DNA of 63,573 nt, filler included, from Reclinomonas americana ATCC 50394 (lineage: Eukaryota), in assembly GCA_048213135.1 (NCBI GenBank). It is 6 parts of 4 records of this genome, joined end to end, with 100 filler letters (N's around TTAATTAATTAA, not from the genome) between each part and the next. Parts side by side here need not be neighbours in the genome. Positions count along the whole stretch, not along the records: positions 1 to 6,453 come from PS015251.1; positions 6,554 to 24,908 come from PS015251.1; 4 more parts are not named here. The stretch is one strand, 5' to 3'. Positions 1 to 10,689 of this stretch are shown in pieces. Both the position numbers and the translations under genes were made by a program. The notes beneath the pieces are model-generated. The model ran no database searches. It saw nothing but the letters and a program-made list of their open reading frames with translations, and was not told the DNA's origin. The number at the start of each line of letters is the position of its first letter. The first letter of the stretch is position 1.

Positions 1-38
<38 letters not shown>

Positions 39-217
39 GGGGAAAGGGAGAGAGAAGCATGCACACTCTCGCCACGTTGCATCAGTGTTTCGTGTGCACA
101 TCCTCATCACATGAAGAGAGAGAGCAGTCGTTGTTCATGAGTCGCGCCTGCCATCACCCTTCGCTCTGCTTCATCATGCTTATTGTGGCCTGACTTACCC
201 TCTGTGTGCAACAACAG

Positions 218-2560
218 GATCTCTGTGCTCCGGATTTCGTGTTGTGTGCCCACGAGTTGCATTTCATCTGTCGGTGAGTGTGCGGGAGAGGCAAGATCTT
301 TCACGTCATGCACAACTGTTGTAACGAGTGACTTGGCAGTGAGCATGTGACAGAGGCCGGATCGGATCTGTGTGGCGATGGAGTCACATCGCTGGCCACA
401 CTGAAGGAGGCTCAGCGACGGAATGTGGTCATCTATGGCAACCTGAAGGTGGGTGAGGTGATGCTCGTTGCTTAAGATAGCTGCCTTGCTTTGCTGACTA
501 TGAGTGTGGGATTGCAGATCACATGCCCGCTGTGCCACGCACCCATGGTTTGTGTGCATTGCTGTGCTTCGCTCTCTTCTTTCTCGTGGTGTCTCTCTCG
601 CTCCCTCCCTCTATCTCTCTCTTCGTGTGGTGTTCTTCTCTCTCTCTCTTGCGCACTCTCTTTCTCTTTCTCTTGTGCACTCTCGTTTTCTCTTTCTCCT
701 TTGCCCTCTCTTTCTCTCTTATCTTGTGGTATCATTCTCTCTCCTTCCCTCTCATTCTCAGTGTCATACTCTCATTATCTTTGCACCGTATCATTCTCTC
801 TCCCTATCTCTCTTGCCCTCTCTCTCATTCCTGGTGTCCTCTCTCGTTCTCTGCGCTTCCTCTCGTTTTCTTCCACTGATCTTTCTTCCCATCGCCCTTT
901 CTCTCCCTCCCTCTTGTCAACCGTCCACTCACTTTGGATTATAAAAACAGACGGTGGGCGACTATTACCGCACGCATGGCCCGTCGCAGTGCCCACATGC
1001 CTGCGAGAGATGTGGACAGCAGATGACACTGGATCGCACGGCGGAGCACGAGTGGAGTGGATGCTTGCGAGAGTGTCCACTCGGATGTGGAGCAAGGATG
1101 GCACTGAGTGAAATGGTGGAGCACAGCTGGAGTGGGTGCATGCGAGTGTGTCCGCGTGGATGTCAGCAGCGGTGTGCATTGGCGGATATGCAGAGGCATT
1201 TGGGTGAGTGTGCTTGGAGGAGAGAGCGTGTGTCTTGTGACACTGACGTTGTGTGTCTTTTGATATCTTGCGGCAGAAACGGAGTGCCGACTGCAGCGCA
1301 CAGTGTGTCGCGGTGGTGAACTGGGGTGTGCCTGGCGTGGTGTTATTGGTGAGAGAGAGGAGCATGAGCGAGTGTGCGATGTGCTGCGAGTGGAGCGGCC
1401 GCTGCGAGAGGTGAGTTTGGAATGATGGGCAGTGGATGTTGCCGGTCATTCTTGCATCTAATGTGGGTTGTATTTGTGTGCACAGCTGCATGGGCGAGTG
1501 CGAGAGCTGTCGTTGATGGTGGCACAGGAGAGGGAGGCGAGGCAAGCTGTTGAGGAGCGACTGCAGTCGACAGATGATCGACTGGCCGCCGAACAACAAG
1601 CGAGACAAGCGACAGATGACCGGCTTGCGCTGTGCACTGAGCAACTTGCTGCAGAGCAGCACATTCGTGAAGCTCTGGAGAGAGGTGTCTCTCAGGTTTG
1701 TTTGCAGATTCTGTTGGATTATTCGAGTGCTTTTCTCCTCATTCTCTCTCTTGCTTTCATCTGCAGCTTCTCGCCCGTCTCGAGCCATTGGAGGTGCGTG
1801 AGCGAGCGATTCAGGAACGGGAGGCAGCTGAACGCGAGCGGCTGGCGAGAGAGCAGGAGGAGCGGGAGAGGCAAGCCAGAGAGCGGGAGGAGCGGGAGCG
1901 TGAGGCCAGAGAACGAGAGGAGCGTGAGCGAGCGGAGAGGAAGGTCGACAGCGATCTGCTGAGTGCGGCGGATGGACGGGTGGTCCTGCATTGGGTGCAA
2001 GAGGCGCGTGGCGGTGGCGGGAGTGTTCCCAAGTTGACGTTGCTGTTCAAAGGCAGTCGAGATGGGTTCGCAGCGGCCACATTCCATCAGCGATGTGACA
2101 ATCGTGGGTGAGTGATTGAAGGAGGAGAGCGAGTTTGTTGCTTCCGATGACTGATGGATGAGTGACTGTGCGCAGAGCGACGCTGACTGTGGCCAAGTCA
2201 TCGACGGGACGAGTGTGTGGCGGGTACACGCCTGTGCCGTGGACATCGGATGGGGCTTATGGCGCCGATCCATCCGGCACCAGCTTCTTGTTCTCGGCAT
2301 CGTGGAGCGGTGCAAGTGCGCGACGCTTTGCGCTGAAGGAGAACAAGAAGCAGCAGGCCGTTTTTCACCGCTCTGACTATGGACCATTCTTCTATGGTGG
2401 CCACGACCTCCTCGTGGCAGACAACTGCAACAGCAACAGCGGCAGCTACAGCACCCCTGGCCATTACCAGAGCACCGATGGTGGAGCGTATGACAACACG
2501 ACGTTGATGGGGTCGCATCTCTTCCAAGTGGCAGACTACGAAGTGTTTCGCGTTGAGTGA
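218..2560 (+). CDS. TRAF-like zinc finger / coiled-coil / TLDc protein, copy A (5' part outside window)
   Basis: GT-AG spliced exons give DLCAPDFVLCAHELHFICREH (RING-like), Cys/His repeats (CPHACERC...H, CPLGC...H, CPRGC...H, CRGGELGC...H), an E/R-rich coiled coil, then TLDc motifs LLFKGSRDGF..FHQRCDNRG, GGYT..W, SFLFS, YGPFF and a C-terminal YEVF. Stop at 2558-2560. Confidence 0.85.
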
Positions 2561-2806
2561 ATTACAAGAACACTGTTCTGCCTGATCGTACAGATGACAT
2601 CCATCTTGCCAGCAACACGCTGGCGAACAGAAGCAAGTGTGTTTTGTCGCTCGTTGTGCATCTCACTATCAAGAGCAGGAATGACCACTGAGCAGTCGCA
2701 CAGACCCCATCACCAACAACGCAGTCTGTTGTTGCTGCGGCTTCACGTCGGAGAAGACGTCCTGCAACATGTCCTCTCATATCTCCTTCGTCATTGGTGA
2801 CAGAGA

Positions 2807-5800
2807 ATGGGATTCAAAGACGGTGGTGGTGAAGGCAGTGGCTCAGCCTCTGCTCCTCCTCCTCCTCGCGCAGATGGAGACAGTCAGATTGTTCTCGAAC
2901 AGCAAGTGATGCGACTCTCTGACGAGGAACAATTTGTGTTCTGTGTGGTGCGCGCTGTGCATCGTCGTCGGCCATCAGAAGTGGAGAAGGAGGAGGAGAA
3001 TGCAAAGCCACCGNNNNNNNNNNNNNNNNNNNNNNNNNNNNNNNNNNNNNNNNNNNNNNNNNNNNNNNNNNNNNNNNNNNNNNNNNNNNNNNNNNNNNNN
3101 NNNNNNNNNNNNNNNNNNNNNNNNNNNNNNNNNNNNNNNNNNNNNNNNNNNNNNNNNNNNNNNNNNNNNNNNNNNNNNNNNNNNNNNNNNNNNNNNNNNN
3201 NNNNNNNNNNNNNNNNNNNNNNNNNAGAGAGAGAGGGAGAGAGAAGCATGCACACTCTTTCAGGTTGCAACAGTGATTCATTCATCACATGAAGAGAGAG
3301 AGAGAGCACAGTCTTTGTTCACGGGTCGCGCCTGTCACCACCCTTCCCTCTGCTTCATCGTGCTTATTGTGGCATGACTTCCCTTGTTTGCAGGATCTGT
3401 GTGCTCCGGATTTCGTGTTGTGTGCCCACGAGCTGCATTTCATGTCGGTGAGTGTGCGGGAGAGGGAGAAGCAAGGTCTTCCATGTCGTGTACAACTGTT
3501 GTGACGAGTGTCTCGGCAGTGAGCATGTGACGGAGGCCGGGTCGGATCTGTGTGGCGATGGAATCACATCGCTGGCCACACTGAAGGAGGCTCAACGCCG
3601 AAACGTGGTCATCTATGGCAACTTGAAGGTTGGGGAGATGGTGCTCGTTGTGCATGATGACTGCCTTTGTTTGCTTACTGCGAGTGTGAGAATGCAGATC
3701 ACATGCCCGCTGTGCCACGCACCCATGGTTTGTGTGTTTTGTTGTGCTTCTCTCTCTCTTCGTGTGGTGTTCTTCTCTCTCTCTCTTGTGCACTCTCTTT
3801 CTCTTTCTCTTGTGCACTCTCGTTCTCTCTCTCTCCCTTACCCTCTTTCTCTCTCTTTATTATGATGTCTTTCTCTCTCTCTCACACACACATTCTCAGT
3901 GTCATTTTCTCATTTTCTTCGCACCGTGTCATTCTCTTTCCCTCTAACTCTATTGCCCTCGCTCTCATTCTTGGTGTATTCTCTCGTTCTCTTCGCCCCT
4001 CTCATTCTCTGTCTCTTATCTTCCTTCCCATCGTCCTCCCTCTCTCCCTCCCTCTCCGCTCACTGTGGATGAGAACAGACGGTGGGCGACTATTACCGCA
4101 CACATGGCTTGACGCAGTGCCCACATGCATGCGATAGGTGTGGGCAGCAGATGACACTCGATCGCACGGCGGAGCATGCGTGGAGTGGATGTTTGCGCGA
4201 GTGTCCACTCGGATGTGGAATGCGACTGGCGCTGAGTGAGATGGTGGAGCACAGCTGGAGTGGGTGCACGCGAGCGTGTCCGCGTGGATGTCAGCATGAG
4301 AGTTCATTGGCTGATATGCAGCGGCATCTTGGTGAGTGTGCTTGATGGAGAGAGACATGTGTGTCATGACACTCAGGAATTGTCCCTTTCTGCTCCTGCG
4401 GCAGAAACGGAGTGCAGACTGCAGCACACAGTGTGTCGTGGTGACGAACTGGGGTGTGAATGGCGTGGAATCGTTGGTGAGAGGGAGATACATGAGCGAG
4501 TGTGTGATGTGTTGCGAGTGGAGCGACCGCTGCGAGAGGTGAGTTTTGGAATGATGAGCAGTGGATTATGCTGGTCATTCATGCAGCTGATGTGGCTCAT
4601 GTTTGTGTGCACAGCTGCATGGCCGAGTGCGCGAGCTTTCTCAGATGGTTGCTCAGGAGAGGGAGGCAAGACAATCAATTGAAGAGCGACTTGTCGATTG
4701 TGTGCGAGTGCTTGCCGAGTGCCGCCAGCAGCTGGCCCAAGAGCGTGATGCGAGGCAAGTTGGTTTGCAAGCTGCTCATGGGCAGCTTGTCCAGTGCAGC
4801 CAGCTACTTTGTGATGAGCGACAGGCGAGGCGAGCTGTCGTAGAGCGAATGGATCGTGAAGTGCAAGCGAGACAAGCAGAGAGTCAAGCTGCTCGTGAGC
4901 AACTCGCCGCGGAGCGACGCGTGCGTGCAGCTCTCGAAAGAGGTGTTGCTGAGGTCTATTCTGTTGAATGCTGAAGAGCTTCGAGTGCATTGCTCTTCAC
5001 TGATTTTCTTTCTTGCGTTCATCTCCAGCTGCTCGCCCGTCTTGAGCCACTGGAGATGCGTGAACGAGCGATCCAGGAGCGAGAGGCAGCTGAGCGGGAG
5101 CAGCTGGCCATGGAGCAAGAGGAGCGGGAGCGGCTGGCCAGGGAGCAGGAGGAGCGGGAGCGGCAGGCCAGGGAACGAGGGGAGCGGGAGCGGGCGGAGA
5201 GGAAGATTGACAGTGATCTGCTGAGTGCGGCGGATGCGCGAATGGTGCTGCATTGGGTGCAAGAGGCGCGTGGCGGTGGTGGGAGTGTGCCCAAGTTGAC
5301 ATTGCTGTTCAAGGGCAGTCGGGATGGGTTTGCCGCAGCCACGTTCCATGAGCGGTGTGATAATCGTGGGTGAGTGATTGAGGATGTGAGAGAGTGTTGT
5401 GCTCGGTGGCTGATGGGTGAGTGATTGTGCGCAGACCGACGCTGACTGTGGTCAAGTCGTCGACGGGAAGAGTGTGTGGCGGGTACACGCCTGTCTCGTG
5501 GCAGACTCCTGTGTCAGCCGCGTGGGCTTTGGATCCGTCCGGCTCCAGCTTCTTGTTCTCGGCGTCTTGGAGTGGTACAAGTGCGCGACGCTTTGCTCTT
5601 AGGGAAGATCTTAAGCATTATGCCGTACATCACTTTGCTGAGTATGGGCCACTTTTCGGTTATGGACCCAGCCTGTTTCTAGCTGACAACTGCAACACCA
5701 ACAGTGTCAGCTACAGTATCCCTGGCAGTTACCAGAGCACCGACGGTGGAGCATTCGATGATAAGACGCTGATGGGATCGCAGTACTTCCAAGTGGCAGA

Positions 5801-5825
5801 CTATGAAGTGTTTCTCGTTGAGTGA
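2807..5825 (+). CDS. TRAF-like zinc finger / coiled-coil / TLDc protein, copy B (possible pseudogene)
   Basis: Same exon structure as copy A. ATG at 2807 (MGFKDGGG), N gap at 3014-3225. Exon 3394-3447 is 2 nt shorter than in copies A and C. Confidence 0.75.
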
Positions 5826-6102
5826 ATAACAACAACACTGTGCTGCCTGATCGTACAGGTGTCATCCGTCTCGCGTGCATCGTGAAGGCTCAAGCACCAC
5901 GCTGGCGAACAGAAGCAAGTGTGTTTTGTCACTCGCTATGCATCTCACTATCAAGAGCAGGGATGACCACTGAACAGTCGCATAGACCCCATCACCAACA
6001 ACGCAGTCTAGTTGCTGCTGCACTGCGGATTCATGACGGAGAAAAGATGTCCTGCATCACGTGTCCTCTCATCTCTCTTCACCTCGTCAGTGGTGACAGA
6101 GA

Positions 6103-6397
6103 ATGGGATTCAAGGATGGTGGCGGAGAAGGCAGTGGCTCAGCCTCTGCTCCCCCTCCTCCTCCTCGTGCAGATGGAGACAGTCAGATTGTTCTCGAGCA
6201 GCAAGTGATGCGACTCTCTGACAAGGAAGAATTCGAGTTTTGTGTGGTGCGCGCTGTGCATCGTCGTCCTCCATCAGAAGTGGAGAAGGAGGAGGAGAAG
6301 GCAAAGCCTCCGCGTTTGTGGATGGAGCACGTCACACAAGAGTCGCGCGATAAAGCCGATGATTATTTGTGCCCAGTGTGCTTGGTGAGTGAAGAAG

Positions 6398-6453
<56 letters not shown>

Positions 6454-9152
6454 NNNNNNNNNNNNNNNNNNNNNNNNNNNNNNNNNNNNNNNNNNNNTTA
6501 ATTAATTAANNNNNNNNNNNNNNNNNNNNNNNNNNNNNNNNNNNNNNNNNNNNGAGAAGAAACAGATCAGGATGCGTGTGTGTGTGTGTGTGTGTTTGTG
6601 TGTGTGTGTGCGTGATGTGGAGGATATCTTGCAGCGATAGTTGTGTGCTTCCTGTTTCCTTCTCTGTCCCTGTCTCCCTCTTCTTCTTCCAGAGACAGTG
6701 AAAGAGGAAAGCTGACTGCTCCCTCTCACTCCACCTCACCATGCCGAGGCGGTGCTGATTATGACATGACTCTCTTCTGTGCTGCAACAGGATCTGTGTG
6801 CTCCAGACTTCGTTCTGTGCGTCAACGAGCTGCATTTCTTGTGCCGGTGAGTGTGCAACAAGGGAGTGAGTGAGCAGCTTGCTCCGTATTGTGGTTCATG
6901 ACAACAGTCCGCGTGTGACGCGCAGTGAGCATGTGACTGCCGGTGGAGTGGACTTGTGTGGTGATGGAGTCACGTCGGTGGCCACTGCGAAGGAGGCTCA
7001 ACGACTCAACGTGATCAAATACGGCAACATCTCGGTTGGCAGATGATGGTGCTCGTTGTGCGTGTGTTGCTTTATTCATGACAGCGAGTATGCCTGCAGA
7101 TCACATGCCCGCTGTGTCACACACCCATGGTTTGTGTGACTTGTTGTGCTTTCTCTCTCTTCTTTCTCGTGGTGTCTCTCTCGCTCCCTCTCATTTCCAG
7201 TGTCATTCTCTCATATTCTTTGCATCCTGTCATTCTCTCTCCATCTCTCTCCGTCCTGCTCTCCCTCTCATTCTTGGTGTCTTTCTCTCGTTCTCTTCAC
7301 TGCCTCCCATTCTCTTACTCTAGTCTTCTCATCATCCTCTCTCTCCCTCTCTCTCCCTCTCCCACTCACTGCGGATGATGAACAGACGGTGGGCGACTAT
7401 TACCGCACGCATGGCCTGACGCAGTGCCCGCACGCATGCGAGAGATGTGGACAACAGATGACCCTGGATCGCACGGCGGAGCATGCGTGGAGTGGATGCT
7501 TGCGCGAGTGCCCGCTCGGATGTGGAGGAAAGATGGCGCTGAGTGAAATGGTGGACCACAGCTGGAGTGGGTGCATGCGCGCGTGTCCGCGTGGATGTCA
7601 GCAGCTGTGTGCATTGGCGGAGATGCAGCGGCATCTTGGTGAGTGCGCTTGGAGGAGAGGGTCGTGTGTCATGACACTGATGTGGTGTCTCTTGTGGCAG
7701 AAACTGAGTGCCGACTGCAGCAGACAGTGTGTCGTGGTTGTGAATTGGGGTGTGGATGGCGTGGTATCGTTGAGGAGAGGGAGGAGCATGAGCAAGTGTG
7801 CGATGTACTGCGAGTGGAGCGACCACTGCGAGAGGTGAAGTTGATTGAAGCATGGGCTGCGGATGCTGCTGATCGCTCGTGGAGCTGATATGGCTATTGG
7901 TTGTACAGCTACATGGCCGAGTGCGAGAGCTGTCTCAGCTGGTGTCCAGTGAGCGGGAAGCAAGACGAGTGACAGACGAGCGGCTGGCCGCTGAGCAGCA
8001 AGCGAGACAAGCTGTTGAGGATCGATTGACTCGCGAGGAACAAGCCAAGCTTATCGCCGACGAGCGGCTTGGCGACTGTGTGGGGATGCTTGTTGAGTGC
8101 CGTCAACAATTGGCTGAAGAACGACTGGCGAGGCAAGCTGAGATTCGTGCTATTCGTGAACTATTCACCGCCGAGCAACTTGCGAGACAAGCCGAGCTGC
8201 TGACGTCACGTGAGCAACTCGCCGCCGAGCAGCGCATGCGAGAAGCTCTCGAGAGAGGCTTTGCAGAGGTCTGCTGTGTTAGTGCTGCTGAGCTTCGACT
8301 GCATCTCTCCACTCCTCATTCTGTCTCCTGCCTATCTGCAGCTGCTCGCCCGTCTCGAGCCACTGGAGAATCGTGAACGAGCAATTCAGGAACTTGAGGC
8401 GGCTGAACGCGAGCAACGCACGAGTGAGCTGGTTGAACTGGAGCGGCAAGCGAAACTTCGTGAAGAGCGCGAGCGCGAGATCCGAGAGGGAGCAGACATG
8501 GAGATCAACAGCAGCGATCTGTTGAGTGCGGCGGACGGTCAAATAGTGCTGCGATGGGTGCAGGAGGCGCGCGGCCTCGGTGCAGCTGTGCCCAAGTTGA
8601 CGTTGCTGTTCAAGGGCAGTCGGGATGGCTTTGCGGCGGCCGCATTCCATCAGCGATGTGACAATCGAGGGTGAGTGATTGAGGGAGGAGGGAGAAAGAG
8701 AGAGAGAGTGAGAGGATAGAGTGAGATGCCCAGTTTCTAACGAGTGTGTGACTGCACGCAGGCCGACGTTGACTGTGGTCAAGTCGTCGACGGGACGAGT
8801 GTGTGGCGGGTACACGCCTGTCTTGTGGCAGTCTGCATCTGGCATTTGGGTCCCCGATGCATCCTGCTCAAGCTTTCTGTACTCTGCGTCGTGGAGTGGT
8901 GCCTGTGCGCGGCATTTTGCGCTCAAACATGAGAAGAAAAATGGCGCTGTTCAGAACTACTCTGCGTGGGGACCTATCTTCGGTTACGGTGGTGGCCTTA
9001 TCCTCGCTGACAACTGCAACAGAGGCATAGTCAACCGCAGCAATCCGACGATCTCGTATCTGAGCACCGACGGTGGAGAATGTGACAAGACGACGTTGAT
9101 GGGGTCGCATCTCTTCCAAGTGGCCGACTACGAAGTGTTCCTTGTTGAGTGA
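6103..9152 (+). CDS. TRAF-like zinc finger / coiled-coil / TLDc protein, copy C (interrupted by artificial spacer, so the two halves may be different paralogues)
   Basis: First exon 6103-6384 ends YLCPVCL, the first half of the RING. Exons from about 6791 to 9152 are homologous to copies A and B and end in YEVFLVE*. Confidence 0.75.
6454..6553. other. Artificial contig spacer N44-TTAATTAATTAA-N44
   Basis: Identical 100-nt linker with stops in all six frames. It recurs five times in the window. Confidence 0.97.
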
Positions 9153-10689
9153 AGAACAACAACAATTCATTCACCAATAAACAAGCAACAGCTGTCTTGA
9201 TGACCAAGTTCAACCGTATCCAAATCATCAACACAAACACCAATCTTGAGGCAGCAGCAGGTTCCTTGTGTGTGTGTGTTTTCGCTCTCGTAGCTCCGAA
9301 CAAGTCGAGAACTGCGATCTTCACCGCATAAGCGTGGTTGACCAGTGGATTTGATGCACTTGCATAGACGCATAGCGTTTTTTGCGATCGTACACGGCAC
9401 ATCGAATTCGCGATCGGGAAAAGGCCATGAGCCAGGCAAACTAAAAGTACGCTGCGATCCGAAAATCGCAACACCACGTACCAATGACCGTGCTCGCGAT
9501 TCCATGTTCTGATGGCGTTCAAACCCCTCGCCTTCCCTGCCTCCGGTTTCAAAAATAAACGGACAAAACCGAAGGCAACCAATCGCCATTGCACGGCATC
9601 TCCCTTTTCATCAAAACCAACGCATAAATTACCAGCAAAGACTACCAAGGCAAGCTGTACCCCGTGCGTGGTTGAGGCCAGCTGTTGTTTCTTCGCAGAA
9701 ATTCGAAACTGTTGCACCTTTCGAATTCTGTGCACTGCGGTCTGCCCTTTGAATTTTCTATCTCTGGCACTCTCTGAAGACCGTAAGCATCGCGCATCCC
9801 TCTTGCTGCTGCGAACTGGGAACTGCTGCNNNNNNNNNNNNNNNNNNNNNNNNNNNNNNNNNNNNNNNNNNNNNNNNNNNNNNNNNNNNNNNNNNNNNNN
9901 NNNNNNNNNNNNNNNNNNNNNNNNNNNNNNNNNNNNNNNNNNNNNNNNNNNNNNNNNNNNNNNNNNNNNNNNNNNNNNNNNNNNNNNNNNNNNNNNNNNN
10001 NNNNNNNNNNNNNNNNNNNNNNNNNNNNNNNNNNNNNNNNNNNNNNNNNNNNNNNNNNNNNNNNNNNNNNNNNNNNNNNNNNNNNNNNNNNNNNNNNNNN
10101 NNNNNNNNNNNNNNNNNNNNNNNNNNNNNNNNNNNNNNNNNNNNNNNNNNNNNNNNNNNNNNNNNNNNNNNNNNNNNNNNNNNNNNNNNNNNNNNNNNNN
10201 NNNNNNNNNNNNNNNNNNNNNNNNNNNNNNNNNNNNNNNNNNNNNNNNNNNNNNNNNNNNNNNNNNNNNNNNNNNNNNNNNNNNNNNNNNNNNNNNNNNN
10301 NNNNNNNNNNNNNNNNNNNNNNNNNNNNNNNNNNNNNNNNNNNNNNNNNNNNNNNNNNNNNNNNNNNNNNNNNNNNNNNNNNNNNNNNNNNNNNNNNNNN
10401 NNNNNNNNNNNNNNNNNNNNNNNNNNNNNNNNNNNNNNNNNNNNNNNNNNNNNNNNNNNNNNNNNNNNNNNNNNNNNNNNNNNNNNNNNNNNNNNNNNNN
10501 NNNNNNNNNNNNNNNNNNNNNNNNNNNNNNNNNNNNNNNNNTTTCTCCTGTTGGATTTGCAAAGTTTCTTCTTGCAGGACGCTCGATTTTCACCTTTTGG
10601 ACAACCGTCGAAATAACGAAATCGCGCTTTGCAAGAGAGAAGAACTAACGCACTCTCTCACAACAGCACACACTCTCAATCCACCACTC

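Noticed and set aside
6498-6509. Recurrent TTAATTAATTAA palindrome (5 copies)
   Set aside because: Always centred in exactly 44+44 Ns, so it is an assembly or concatenation linker. Adjacency across it is not biological evidence.
2236-9060. Diversity-generating retroelement as the source of TLDc variation
   Set aside because: No reverse transcriptase or template repeat is visible. Changes are not adenine-specific and include indels.
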